Source of the DNA: an uncultured Paraprevotella sp. | Lineage (GTDB): Bacteria; Bacteroidota; Bacteroidia; Bacteroidales; Bacteroidaceae | DNA length: 60,516 bases | Direction of reading: 5' to 3' | Assembly (NCBI GenBank): GCA_910584955.1 | Contig: CAJUDC010000001.1 | Coordinates: 1 to 60,516 of the forward strand | Shown here: piece by piece, positions 49,895-59,973 of the stretch | How the letters are laid out: the number at the start of each line of letters is the position of its first letter | Position numbering within the stretch: the first letter of the stretch is position 1 | The notes under the pieces: model-generated | What the model saw: only the letters and a program-made list of their open reading frames with translations | Databases searched by the model: none | Told to the model about the DNA's origin: nothing | Made by a program: the position numbers and the translations under genes

Positions 49895-52531
49895 TTAAAA
49901 TTCTTGTCCCAATATGAAATGGAACTGGCTTCCTCCATACGTCTTGCTCCCGAATACCTTGTCGAAACCGTAAGCCCAGTCGATACCCAACAGCCCCACC
50001 ATCGGCAGGAAGATACGCACACCGACACCGGCGGAACGCTTCATATCAAACGGGTTGAAATCCTTCACATGAGCCCAGGCATTACCGCCTTCCACAAAGC
50101 CCAACGCATAAATATTGGTGGAATTACCCAGCATCAGCGGATAGCGCAATTCCAGCGTAAAGCGATCGTAAGCATATCCCATATATCCCGGCGGTGTCAG
50201 CGCACCGTTGTCGTATCCGCGCAAACCGATCGTCTCGGTAGCATAGCTGGACGAATATCCCGAAGTTCCGTCACCGCCCACATAGAACGTTTCGAAAGGA
50301 GAGCGTTTGTCCTTGTTATAAGAACCCAATATACCGAACTCCACACGGGTCATAAGCACAGGGCACTTATTTTTTCCGGTCAGTGCCGTATACGTTCTGC
50401 TCTTAAATTTCCACTTGTGGTACTCCACCCATTTGTACTTATCCTGCAACTCGCGCATATACGTGGAGCTGCGCGGATTGGTGCCCAGTGTGGAATACTC
50501 CTTCTTATCGAACAAGGAATAAGGCGGAGTAAACGAGCCGGACAGCACGAACTCGGAACCGCGACGCGGATAGATCTGATTGTCGGTCGAGTTGCGCGAG
50601 AGCACCAGATTCAGACTGATATTGTTACATGTACCGTTGGAAATCAGGAAATATTCCCAGTCCTTCAGAATGTAGCGCTGGTAAGAGAGATCGGCCGACA
50701 GCATGAAGTAATCGTCCGGCCAACGCAGACGCTTACCCCAGCCCAAAGAGAATCCGAAGATCTTGACAAACTTGTCGGGATCATAAAAATTCTCGTAGTA
50801 ATAGTTGGAACCGTTCGAACCGAAACCGTACAGATAATTGGCGTAGCTGTTGTAATAAGCGGAGTTGTAGTAATTGTCGCTTACATCGGTCTGCTTGGAG
50901 AAGAATGCCGAGAACGACAAGGAGTTGGGACGCTTACCGCCGAACCAGGGGTTCATATAGTTGATACTGTACGACTGGTAATACTGTCCGTTGGTCTGGC
51001 CGCTGATACTGAACGTCTCGCCGTTACCCTGCGGCAGAATGCCCCTTCGAAGCCCTTCTTTATTAAAAAGATTGGCCAGACAGAAGTTGGAAAAGCGCAA
51101 ACCTATCTTTCCGATCACACCGGTCTGTCCGTAACCCAACGAGAACTCCACCTGATCATTCGACTTGGAGGCCAGCCCCCATCCCAGATCCACCGTGCCG
51201 TTCACCGGATCCGGTTCTATCTTGTAATCAATATGTTCGGCATCAAAATGGCCCATAGATGCGATCTCACGATAAGAGCGCTCCAACGCCTCCTTACTGA
51301 AAAGATCACCGGGTTTGTTGCGTAACTCACGACGCACCACATTCTCATACACACGGTCGTTTCCGGTAATCTTCACCCGGCTGAGACGCGCCTGTGTACC
51401 TTCCGTAATACGCATTTCCAAGTCGATGGAATCGTTCACGATATTGATTTCGACCGGTTCGAGCCGGTAAAAGACATAGCCGTTATTATAATATAAGTTT
51501 CCGATGGCGTCCTCATCGTTGGAAATACGGTCGGCCAACAACTGCTGATTATAAATATCGCCTTTCTTCATACGCAACAGATTGTTCAGATCATCCGTCG
51601 TATAAAGCGTATTTCCCACCCATTCTACATTGCGGACATAATAACGCTGCCCTTCTTCCACCTTTATATATATATCCACTCCGTTTTCGCCATGCGGAGT
51701 AACGCTGTCTACCTCTATGACCGCATCCCGATACCCCAATTCATTGTATTTGGCAATCAGGTTCTCCTTATCCTCCCGATACTTTTCGTCAATGAACTTC
51801 TTGGAACGGAACCAACTCGACAGACGTCCCTTTTCGTGGGTTTTCTTAAACACGCCGTTCTTGAAAAGCGTACCTTTTATTTTCTTTATGGAAAGCGCCT
51901 CATTACCGGCAACCGTAATGCTGTGCACCTTCACCTTATCTTTTTTATCAATATTGATATCCACGATGATCTTATCGGGGGCCGACACGTCGTCCCGCTG
52001 CACGATCTCTATTTCCGCATTCTTATACCCTTTTTCATCAAAATACTTTTTGGCAAGTATCTTGGTACGGTCCACCATGTTCGGCGTGAACTGATTGTCC
52101 TTGACCAATCCCAATCGCGCTTCGAGGTCCTCACGTTCCGACTTCTTCACCCCGTTGTAGTTGATCTGCGAGATACGGGGGCGCTGTGTCAGATAAATAT
52201 GCAGAAAGGCTTTATTACTCACCAGACTATCCACCTCGATACGCACATTGGAAAACAAACCGTTCTTCCAGAACCTTTTCACGGCCTGCGTAATTTCTTC
52301 GCCCGGCAACGTAATCTGCTGGCCTACCGAAAGACCGGACAGACCGATAAGTAAATAATCATCATAGTTCTTCACTCCCTCCACAGCAATTCCCCCAATC
52401 GTATAATTACGCGGTGTGCGGGAATAGTCGACGGTAGGTTTTACAACGGTCTCGTCCGCAAACTGCGCTCTCGACACTCCGGCGCCACACAACAACGCTA
52501 CCGCCAGACTTATGATCCTAACCCTTTTCAT
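49895..52531 (-). CDS. bamA: Outer membrane protein assembly factor BamA
   Basis: POTRA repeats, LRGY motif, ELRYP, SAGVGVR, C-terminal GQEF. Confidence 0.95.
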   Translation of the reverse strand: MKRVRIISLAVALLCGAGVSRAQFADETVVKPTVDYSRTPRNYTIGGIAVEGVKNYDDYLLIGLSGLSVGQQITLPGEEITQAVKRFWKNGLFSNVRIEVDSLVSNKAFLHIYLTQRPRISQINYNGVKKSEREDLEARLGLVKDNQFTPNMVDRTKILAKKYFDEKGYKNAEIEIVQRDDVSAPDKIIVDINIDKKDKVKVHSITVAGNEALSIKKIKGTLFKNGVFKKTHEKGRLSSWFRSKKFIDEKYREDKENLIAKYNELGYRDAVIEVDSVTPHGENGVDIYIKVEEGQRYYVRNVEWVGNTLYTTDDLNNLLRMKKGDIYNQQLLADRISNDEDAIGNLYYNNGYVFYRLEPVEINIVNDSIDLEMRITEGTQARLSRVKITGNDRVYENVVRRELRNKPGDLFSKEALERSYREIASMGHFDAEHIDYKIEPDPVNGTVDLGWGLASKSNDQVEFSLGYGQTGVIGKIGLRFSNFCLANLFNKEGLRRGILPQGNGETFSISGQTNGQYYQSYSINYMNPWFGGKRPNSLSFSAFFSKQTDVSDNYYNSAYYNSYANYLYGFGSNGSNYYYENFYDPDKFVKIFGFSLGWGKRLRWPDDYFMLSADLSYQRYILKDWEYFLISNGTCNNISLNLVLSRNSTDNQIYPRRGSEFVLSGSFTPPYSLFDKKEYSTLGTNPRSSTYMRELQDKYKWVEYHKWKFKSRTYTALTGKNKCPVLMTRVEFGILGSYNKDKRSPFETFYVGGDGTSGYSSSYATETIGLRGYDNGALTPPGYMGYAYDRFTLELRYPLMLGNSTNIYALGFVEGGNAWAHVKDFNPFDMKRSAGVGVRIFLPMVGLLGIDWAYGFDKVFGSKTYGGSQFHFILGQEF

Positions 52532-52545
52532 ACGTTCGTCATACC

Positions 52546-53286
52546 TTATTTAATAGCCACCTGTTCGCTGGTTTTTCCATAGCGACGTTCACGGGACTGA
52601 AAATCAACAATAGCTTTATGCAATTCCTTTTCATCGAAATCCGGCCAGAAGGTATCGCAAAAATAAAATTCCGAATAAGCACATTGCCACAACAAATAAT
52701 TACTGATACGTAATTCACCTCCCGTCCGTATCAGCAAATCGGGATCCGGCATGAAATCGGTCTGCAGATGACTGTCGACCAATTCTTCGGTAATGGCTTC
52801 CGGCTCCAGTCGCCCTTCCTTCACATGAACGGCCAAACGCCGGAACGTATCCGTCAGTTCCCAACGCGAGGAATAGCTCAATGCTATCACCATCGTCATC
52901 TTGTCATTGCCAGCCGTCCGTTCCATGCACAGCTTCAACCGCTCACGCACATTCTCCGGGAGGCGCTCCATGTTGCCGATCACACGAAAACGCACATTGT
53001 TTTTCATGAAAATCTCTTCTTCGAGATTGGTTAATATCAATCCCATAAGAGCGGCAATCTCATCTGAAGGGCGGTTCCAGTTCTCTGTAGAAAATGTATA
53101 TAAGGTAAGGTACTTAATGCCCAATCGGGTGGCCTCTTCCGTTATCTTCTTTACCGTCTCGACACCTTGCTGATGTCCGGCCGTACGCGGCAATCCTTTT
53201 TCTTTGGCCCATCTTCCGTTACCATCCATGATGACAGCCACGTGGACAGGCATACGTGAATAGTCGAGTTGTTCTTTATAAGACAT
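52546..53286 (-). CDS. uppS: Undecaprenyl diphosphate synthase (isoprenyl transferase)
   Basis: [45 protein letters not shown]. Confidence 0.96.
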   Translation of the reverse strand: MSYKEQLDYSRMPVHVAVIMDGNGRWAKEKGLPRTAGHQQGVETVKKITEEATRLGIKYLTLYTFSTENWNRPSDEIAALMGLILTNLEEEIFMKNNVRFRVIGNMERLPENVRERLKLCMERTAGNDKMTMVIALSYSSRWELTDTFRRLAVHVKEGRLEPEAITEELVDSHLQTDFMPDPDLLIRTGGELRISNYLLWQCAYSEFYFCDTFWPDFDEKELHKAIVDFQSRERRYGKTSEQVAIK

Positions 53287-53288
53287 AT

Positions 53289-54017
53289 CTAGTTATCTTT
53301 ATTGCATGTTTTACATTTGGGAAACATATCATAGGTCAGATAGAGCATGGTAAAGGAATAACAATCCTTGTTTTTAAATCCACTGCTGGAAATGCCATAC
53401 GGATCTTTCAGCTGCACCCCTTCGATACGGGACACATCCAGCGCATCCGACGTGGTGAACCGGATACTCCATTCCAATCCGATATTCAACCGTTCCCTTA
53501 ATTTATATTTCATTCCGACCCCAATCGGAACATTGAATGCAAAAACAGCATCCACCGGTTTCGGAGCAAATGTAAATCCCAGACCGGCGGTCATATAAGG
53601 GGTAAGCCGCCGGGTATTCTTATAGCCCGGTCCCATGCCATATCCCCAAAAGTTAAATTCAAATTGTACGCCCAGATCAAATACATTCCGTTTGAAAGAA
53701 GCAGTACCCCACTTCCCTCCCTCGGTAGTTTCGCTCCAAGGATCCGACGGAAAATAAATACCGTCCGTATTACCGCTGATATGCCCCATAGCCAAATTGG
53801 CTTTCAAAGCCATCCGAGGATTATAAATATAACGGGCCACTACCGAAAGCATGCCCCCCATATTCTTATAAGGAGTGCTATTGGCATCCCCCAAATAGAA
53901 ACAAGCCCCTGCCGCTCCTCCCAGTTCCATCCTATACTCCTCATCCTGAGCTTTTGCCGTCCCGGACAAAAACCATAACAAGATAAAAAGAAAGAAATTC
54001 TTTTGTTGCATACCCAA
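53289..54017 (-). CDS. Outer-membrane beta-barrel protein, PorG/DUF6089-like
   Basis: Signal peptide, YLGDAN, beta-strand pattern, KNKDCYS, C-terminal CxxC; same position before uppS-bamA-ompH as porG in Porphyromonas. Confidence 0.7.
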   Translation of the reverse strand: MGMQQKNFFLFILLWFLSGTAKAQDEEYRMELGGAAGACFYLGDANSTPYKNMGGMLSVVARYIYNPRMALKANLAMGHISGNTDGIYFPSDPWSETTEGGKWGTASFKRNVFDLGVQFEFNFWGYGMGPGYKNTRRLTPYMTAGLGFTFAPKPVDAVFAFNVPIGVGMKYKLRERLNIGLEWSIRFTTSDALDVSRIEGVQLKDPYGISSSGFKNKDCYSFTMLYLTYDMFPKCKTCNKDN

Positions 54018-54035
54018 ACTGAAGAGGATTAACGA

Positions 54036-55415
54036 CTATTTTTTCTCAAAGCCCAACCGATTCAACCGTCCGCGCCACACATCCGTTCCGCACACCATCC
54101 AAATAAAGGCCTCGTCATCCACCGCTACAGCGAGAGGCTTCCGTGTGCCTTTCAAAGCAGCAGGCGGGAGTAATACATCGTCCGTCTTCCAGGTGATACC
54201 ATTGTCAACACTTACATAGAAAGCATCCAAAGCAGCGTGCTTGCCGTCAAGCGATTCACCACCGCAGGCAATCAACAGATCGTCATATCTGAACAATGTC
54301 AGATTCTTCAAACAAGGACAAACGTAGCGGTTATCCGGGGCAACATTAAAGAACATCCATCCGGCCGCATCTTCGGTCCAAGAACGATTCCAATATTTTC
54401 CCCATACCACGGTAGAGGTATCTCCCGTGTGTACAGTCCGATCCCGGCTTCCCATGAGCAATATTCTCTCGTCGCCGTTCGGCATCGTATAGCAAACCGA
54501 AGCTGTCTCCTGTACTGGTAAAAAAGAAGAGGCTTCATCCAGTTTCTCCTGTTGCCACAACCTGCCGTCTTCCGAACGATACAACCGTCCGTCAGACAAT
54601 GCGTACACATATCTTGCACCGACTGCAACCAAGCACTCCACCGTTTCCGGCCCCGTCGTCGCCCATGTCAGACCATCGGTCGAAGTCATCACCACGCCAT
54701 CCATACCATTCATATACAAACGGTCGCCCAGCACCTGCAACGTCGTAATATCCGCTCCTTCACAACCTACGGTATTGGCCAGCGTCCATTCCTGAGTACC
54801 GACAAGTTCTTTATAAGCAACCTTCACCGCTCCGTTTACATAGCCCCATACAAACAGCCGGTTTCTCCAACAAACGGACTTCATTTGTTCCATCCCTTGC
54901 AGGACCTCGGCGGCCGGCATCTGTTTCCAGGTAAAATCATCAGCATCCTGCCGATGCACATTCACCTTCAAAGTATATTCCCGAAAAGCAGTTCCGTCCA
55001 TCGAGACCACCCTCACGGAAAGCGGTGTACTGAAATTAATCGAGTCTGTGGCGGAATAAGACAGCCATTGGGCTTCTTCGTCCCCCGCCGGACGATAAGC
55101 TACATAACCCGCAGCAGAAACAGTAGCCAACATAGCCGACACCTGAGTTCCGTAAGGCAAAGAATCCTCATTATAAATAAGCAGATTACGCTGATCCACC
55201 GTCATCGGATAGTACTGACCGTTCAAAGACACATAATAAGTGCTGTCCTTGCCGTCCTGCGTAGTGACATGGACCATTCGCTTTGTATAACCTAAAGTTA
55301 CTCCCGAAACATAGCAATCATTAGAGAGGACATACGCTTCTTCATCCTTCGCACACGACACAATCAACACGGATAAGAGCATGAGTGCCAAACAGAACGA
55401 TATGATTTTTTTCAT
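54036..55415 (-). CDS. Conserved Bacteroidales lipoprotein, DUF6242-like (start reassigned to MKKIIS)
   Basis: Lipobox IVSC; IYNEDSLPYGT, DSINFS, Y..KVNVH, W.GRLN; a TAATTTTG promoter element at 55449..55456 overlaps the ORF-track start. Confidence 0.7.
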   Translation of the reverse strand: MKKIISFCLALMLLSVLIVSCAKDEEAYVLSNDCYVSGVTLGYTKRMVHVTTQDGKDSTYYVSLNGQYYPMTVDQRNLLIYNEDSLPYGTQVSAMLATVSAAGYVAYRPAGDEEAQWLSYSATDSINFSTPLSVRVVSMDGTAFREYTLKVNVHRQDADDFTWKQMPAAEVLQGMEQMKSVCWRNRLFVWGYVNGAVKVAYKELVGTQEWTLANTVGCEGADITTLQVLGDRLYMNGMDGVVMTSTDGLTWATTGPETVECLVAVGARYVYALSDGRLYRSEDGRLWQQEKLDEASSFLPVQETASVCYTMPNGDERILLMGSRDRTVHTGDTSTVVWGKYWNRSWTEDAAGWMFFNVAPDNRYVCPCLKNLTLFRYDDLLIACGGESLDGKHAALDAFYVSVDNGITWKTDDVLLPPAALKGTRKPLAVAVDDEAFIWMVCGTDVWRGRLNRLGFEKK

Positions 55416-55560
55416 AAGATTTTCGTGCATATTGTTAATTACGAAATACAAAATTACTCACATTTTTCACTTTGACGAAACTTAATCCGCTGAATTATGA
55501 AATTTTATAGATAAAAAACCGAAAAAACAAGTATTTCGCCTTTCTGCAGACCGTCTACAA

Positions 55561-56625
55561 CTATTTTTTACACCGGAAATGAAGCAAGCGACGCCCCATG
55601 AATCTCTGTTCTTCACACACAGCATTCTCCAGTGGCCACGAAGGGGCCGGCACCCCCTGCCGCAAGCAGTCCGGTGCACATTCCACAAAGGCTTCATCCC
55701 AATTCCCAGAGGCCAAAACGGAACGAAGCAGTTCTCCTCCCCCTTCTATCAGAAGAGTCTGCACATGCTGCTCATACAAGTCATTCCATATACGTTCCAA
55801 CGCATCTTCATCCGGTCGCAAAACAATACAGGTAACCTTGGGCAACCGGGCATATAAAGCCTGTTCCGGCGCACACGTATAGACACGTACCGGGACTTCT
55901 CCATCAAACAAACGCAAATCCGGCGGAAGGATCCCTTTGCGGTCAATCACCAGTCGCAAAGGACTGCTTCCCGGCCACTCCCGAGTAGTCAGCGAGGGAT
56001 TATCCAATAAGGCCGTACGCGTCCCCACAAGAATAGCCTGATGCTCCGCCCGACGCTTATGCACCAACATTTGTGTGTAGGGTGTTGAAAAACAATAAGG
56101 AGGAAGCAAAGAGGCCGACGTCCGCAACCGATCCAGATAATGGTCGGACGATTCGGCCCATTTCAAAACAACATACGGTCGCTTGCATTCGTGAAAAGTC
56201 ATAAACCGTTCATTCAAGGCCCTGCATTCCGCCTCACAAACCCCAACGCGGACTTCTACGCCTGCTTCCCGAAGTTTTCGTATACCATTTCCGGCTACTT
56301 CGGCAAACGGATCCACACAGCCCACCACCACACGCGGTATCTGTTTGGCAATAATCAGATCGGCACACGGAGGCGTTTTCCCGTAATGCGAACAAGGCTC
56401 TAAACTAACATATAAAGTACTACGTTTCAGCAGCTCCTGACAACGCACTGCAGCGATAGCGTTCACCTCGGCATGAGGCCCGCCGCAGCGTATATGATAG
56501 CCTTCACCGACAATCTTATCATCGCAAACAATCACGGCTCCGACCATCGGGTTGGGAGCAGCTTGGGTAAAAGCATTTCGCGCCAACTGAATACAGCGTC
56601 TCATGTATTTTTCTTCCGTTTCCAT
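55561..56625 (-). CDS. ribD: Riboflavin biosynthesis deaminase/reductase (start reassigned to METEEK)
   Basis: PNPMVGAVIV, HAEVNA, LEPCSHYGKTPPC, DNPSLT, IEGG. Confidence 0.95.
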   Translation of the reverse strand: METEEKYMRRCIQLARNAFTQAAPNPMVGAVIVCDDKIVGEGYHIRCGGPHAEVNAIAAVRCQELLKRSTLYVSLEPCSHYGKTPPCADLIIAKQIPRVVVGCVDPFAEVAGNGIRKLREAGVEVRVGVCEAECRALNERFMTFHECKRPYVVLKWAESSDHYLDRLRTSASLLPPYCFSTPYTQMLVHKRRAEHQAILVGTRTALLDNPSLTTREWPGSSPLRLVIDRKGILPPDLRLFDGEVPVRVYTCAPEQALYARLPKVTCIVLRPDEDALERIWNDLYEQHVQTLLIEGGGELLRSVLASGNWDEAFVECAPDCLRQGVPAPSWPLENAVCEEQRFMGRRLLHFRCKK

Positions 56626-56648
56626 CTTTCTACATCGAAATAAATCAC

Positions 56649-56656
56649 TATTTTTG
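56649..56656 (+). promoter_or_regulatory. -7 promoter element (TATTTTTG) for prmC-recX-comF
   Basis: TAnnTTTG in the 49-bp gap between the divergent ribD and prmC starts. Confidence 0.5.
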
Positions 56657-56674
56657 TCGGATAAACTCACTGCC

Positions 56675-57550
56675 ATGAATTTTAAATGGGAACTTATTCG
56701 GAACGAACTTTCTTCCTATTACCCCCAAAGAGAAGCCCAATCCATCCTACGAATGATTCAAGAAGTACGTTTCGGCATCACTCCATTGGACCTTTGTTTA
56801 GGTAGAGACAAGCCGCTCTCTATTGTAGAACGGGAAGACTTAAAAAATATTCTGGAAAGACTAAAAAAAAAGGAACCGATACAATATATATTAGGCCAAG
56901 CCGACTTTTGCGGTTTGAGCTATCACGTCGCACCCGGCGTTCTGATTCCCCGCCCGGAGACGGAAGAACTTGTAGAATGGGCCTCATCGGAATTGAAGCG
57001 GGACGATCCCGCAATACTTGACATCGGTACCGGAAGCGGATGTATTGCCGTGACCCTGGCCAAAAGATATCCACATGCTTTTGTCACCGCATTTGACATC
57101 AGCCGGCAGGCTCTGTCCATTGCAAAAACAAATGCCGAACGGCTGCAAGTTCATGTAACCTTTCAAAAAGAAGATATTTTAAACCATTTGCCGGAGAGAG
57201 CCTCAGAAAAGCCCTTTCCCTCCTGCACCCGGCATACAGATTTGTGGGACGTCATTATCAGTAACCCTCCTTATGTCTGCCGATCGGAAGCAGCAGAGAT
57301 AGAACAACATGTCCTGCAACACGAACCGCACGAGGCCTTATTTGTCCCCGATAATGACCCGCTCCTGTTTTACCGGGCTATTGCGCATTATGCCCATAAC
57401 ACCCTTCGTAAAGGAGGCAAACTATATGTAGAAATAAATCAAGCCTGGGGAACGGAAACCAAGGCATTATTCCACGAAACCGGCTTCGAAGAAGTAGAAT
57501 TACGGAAAGACTTCTGCGACCGCCCTCGCATGATACGCTGCATACGATGA
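56675..57550 (+). CDS. prmC: Release factor glutamine methyltransferase (start reassigned to MNFKW)
   Basis: EPIQYILG, LIPRPETEELV, LDIGTGSGCIA, SNPPY, EPHEALF. Confidence 0.95.
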   Translation: MNFKWELIRNELSSYYPQREAQSILRMIQEVRFGITPLDLCLGRDKPLSIVEREDLKNILERLKKKEPIQYILGQADFCGLSYHVAPGVLIPRPETEELVEWASSELKRDDPAILDIGTGSGCIAVTLAKRYPHAFVTAFDISRQALSIAKTNAERLQVHVTFQKEDILNHLPERASEKPFPSCTRHTDLWDVIISNPPYVCRSEAAEIEQHVLQHEPHEALFVPDNDPLLFYRAIAHYAHNTLRKGGKLYVEINQAWGTETKALFHETGFEEVELRKDFCDRPRMIRCIR

Positions 57551-58020
57551 AAGAACTAACGGAAAAAGAAGTCTTGCAAAAGGCTGCTGCATATTGCTCC
57601 GGTGCGGAACATTGCCGTTCCGATGTCATGCACAAACTATCCTTATGGGGGACTGATCCTGCTTCGGCCCGCCAAATCATCGAATATCTTCAAAAAGAAA
57701 AATATATTGATGAAGAAAGATATTGTCGTGCTTTCGTACACGACAAATTTCTTTACAACAAATGGGGAATCAACAAAATCCGCATGGCACTCCGTCAAAA
57801 ACAACTGGATGAGAACACAATAAATCAAGCCCTAGAAAACCTACCCTCTGATGATTATATCGCTAATCTGAAACAGATACTTGCAACCAAGGCAAAAAAT
57901 ATCAAAACCGCCAATGAATACGAAAAACGAAACAAACTGATCCGTTTCGCATTAAGCCGAGGATTTGAAATGAACCTTATCTGCCAATGTCTTCACACCG
58001 ACCCGGATGAAATTTTATAA
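57547..58020 (+). CDS. recX: Regulatory protein RecX
   Basis: AYCS..EHC, YIDEERY, WGINKI...L, KLIRFALSRGF. Confidence 0.9.
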   Translation: MKELTEKEVLQKAAAYCSGAEHCRSDVMHKLSLWGTDPASARQIIEYLQKEKYIDEERYCRAFVHDKFLYNKWGINKIRMALRQKQLDENTINQALENLPSDDYIANLKQILATKAKNIKTANEYEKRNKLIRFALSRGFEMNLICQCLHTDPDEIL

Positions 58021-58723
58021 GAAACATTCTTTATTCAATGATTTCCAACATATCATAGACTTAATATTTCCCCAATATTGCAGTGTATGCACCCAACGCC
58101 TGTCCGGCACTGAAAAACATATTTGTACATCCTGCCTGTACACCCTTCCAACCGTAAAAAATACGTCTTTCACCGATAATCTTTTCGTACGGACCTTTTG
58201 GGGGTTATTGCCCATTGAACGCGGAACCGCACTCTTTTTCTATCAGAAAAATTCAGATTATCGAAACATTCTTTTTGACTTGAAGTACCATAAATGTCCC
58301 GAAATAGGCGTATTCATGGGACGCATTATGGCCAACAGGCTACTTCCTTTAGGATTTTTTGATGGAATTGACATCATTGTCCCTGTCCCTTTAGCGCGTC
58401 AGAGACAAAAAGAACGAGGATACAACCAAAGCGAAGAAATAGCTAAAGGGATCTCTGAGATCAGTCATTTACCAATCGAATCTAAAGCTATCGTCCGCAT
58501 AGTCCACAACACGACACAAACCCGCCTTCAACGTATAGAACGCCAGACAAATGTAGAAGGTATATTCAAGCTCAACACTCCTGAACGCCTCCAAGGGAAA
58601 CATATCCTATTACTTGACGACGTTATGACAACAGGAGCCACCTTACTGGCTTGCGGGAAAGCGATAGCCTCACTTCCCGGCACCTCAATCAGCATCCTCA
58701 CATTAGCTTGGACAAAAACATAA
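58007..58723 (+). CDS. ComF family protein (zinc ribbon + phosphoribosyltransferase fold)
   Basis: CSVC...CTSC, LKY, PVPL...RGYNQS, LLLDDVMTTGAT. Confidence 0.9.
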   Translation: MKFYKKHSLFNDFQHIIDLIFPQYCSVCTQRLSGTEKHICTSCLYTLPTVKNTSFTDNLFVRTFWGLLPIERGTALFFYQKNSDYRNILFDLKYHKCPEIGVFMGRIMANRLLPLGFFDGIDIIVPVPLARQRQKERGYNQSEEIAKGISEISHLPIESKAIVRIVHNTTQTRLQRIERQTNVEGIFKLNTPERLQGKHILLLDDVMTTGATLLACGKAIASLPGTSISILTLAWTKT

Positions 58724-58766
58724 AACAACAGTTTTTTTAATCACCTCAGATAAAAAACACCGGCAT

Positions 58767-58800
58767 TTTGGCAGTTCTACCCCTCTTTTTGTTATCTTTG
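58767..58800 (+). promoter_or_regulatory. Bacteroidetes promoter for pyrE (TTTG ... TATCTTTG)
   Basis: TTTG at 58767 and TATCTTTG at 58793..58800, about 30 nt before the ATG. Confidence 0.55.
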
Positions 58801-58829
58801 CATTGTATTTATCAAAATAGCACACAGTT

Positions 58830-59462
58830 ATGAAAACACTAGAGAAAATTTTCGCTGCCAAGTTGCTTAAGGTTAAAGCTATCAAACTGCAACCCACCAA
58901 TCCTTTCACATGGGCCTCGGGCTGGAAATCACCTTTCTATTGCGACAATAGAAAAACACTTTCCTATCCTCCCCTTCGTAATTTCGTGAAAATTGAATTC
59001 AGCCGTTTGATAGAAGAGCGTTTTCCTGGAGCCGATGCTATTGCCGGTGTCGCAACCGGAGCTATTCCACAAGGTGCTTTAGTGGCGGATGAGTTGAATC
59101 TTCCCTTTGTGTATGTGCGTTCCAAGCCCAAAGATCACGGTTTGGAGAATTTAATTGAAGGAGAGCTCCGTCCGGGTATGAAAGTCGTAGTCGTGGAAGA
59201 TCTTATTTCTACGGGCGGAAGTAGCCTAAAAGCTGTAGAGGCAATTCGCAACAACGGGTGCGAAGTAATAGGTATGGTTGCCGCTTATACATATGGTTTC
59301 GAGATCGCTACCCAAGCCTTTAAAGAAGCAAAAGTACAACTCCTTACCCTAACAAATTATGAAGCAGTGGTAAGTGAAGCAGTGCGCATCGGGTATATAG
59401 CAGAAGAAGAAGTGAACTTATTAAACGAATGGCGCAAAGACCCCGCTCATTGGAACGGATAA
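58830..59462 (+). CDS. pyrE: Orotate phosphoribosyltransferase
   Basis: FTWASGWKSPFYCDNR, YVRSKPKDHG, VVEDLISTGGS. Confidence 0.96.
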   Translation: MKTLEKIFAAKLLKVKAIKLQPTNPFTWASGWKSPFYCDNRKTLSYPPLRNFVKIEFSRLIEERFPGADAIAGVATGAIPQGALVADELNLPFVYVRSKPKDHGLENLIEGELRPGMKVVVVEDLISTGGSSLKAVEAIRNNGCEVIGMVAAYTYGFEIATQAFKEAKVQLLTLTNYEAVVSEAVRIGYIAEEEVNLLNEWRKDPAHWNG

Positions 59463-59472
59463 TTCAAATACT

Positions 59473-59955
59473 ATGTCTAAACAACAATTTGAAAGCAACA
59501 TAAAGTTTATTCCTTATTCTCAATGCTGTGTATATGCCAAGATGGCGGATCTGAACAATTTGGCCATCATTCAGGAACGTCTGAATGATCCGGTCGTTCA
59601 AGCAACATTAGCAGATAAGGTTCCCAACGAACAATTAAAACAAATCCTTTCTCACGTACAGGAATTGACATTTGATACAGACTCGGTAAGTTGTAACGTA
59701 GCGCCTTTAGGTAACGTTTCTTTGCGCATTATCGACCGCGACGAACCACGATGCATTAAATTCGAAGCTACCAATACGCCTATTCCTCTAAATCTATGGA
59801 TTCAATTGCTGCCGATTACCGAGAATCAATGTAAAATGAAATTGACGGTTCAGGCAGACTTGAACCCTTTTATAAAAGCAATGGTAAGCAAACCATTAAA
59901 AGAAGGGGTGGAAAAACTGGCTGACATGTTAGCCATGCTTCCATACGGAGCATAA
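59473..59955 (+). CDS. SRPBCC/START-like hypothetical protein
   Basis: FES..K.I......VY....DLNNL...LWIQL...LNPFIK.MV.KPL..G.EK.AD.LA pattern; sits between pyrE and argH. Confidence 0.7.
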   Translation: MSKQQFESNIKFIPYSQCCVYAKMADLNNLAIIQERLNDPVVQATLADKVPNEQLKQILSHVQELTFDTDSVSCNVAPLGNVSLRIIDRDEPRCIKFEATNTPIPLNLWIQLLPITENQCKMKLTVQADLNPFIKAMVSKPLKEGVEKLADMLAMLPYGA

Positions 59956-59973
59956 ACCGATAACAATAAGATT

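Noticed and set aside
20671..51325. Long opposite-strand ORFs (e.g. 22159..23799, 24768..26246, 28834..31104, 32869..34335, 42662..44761, 49859..51325)
   Set aside because: They are antisense shadows of well-supported genes in GC-rich coding DNA and have no recognisable motifs.
56863..56871. A9 tract in prmC as a phase-variation site
   Set aside because: It falls in an in-frame Leu-Lys-Lys-Lys stretch of a housekeeping gene; nothing suggests slippage.
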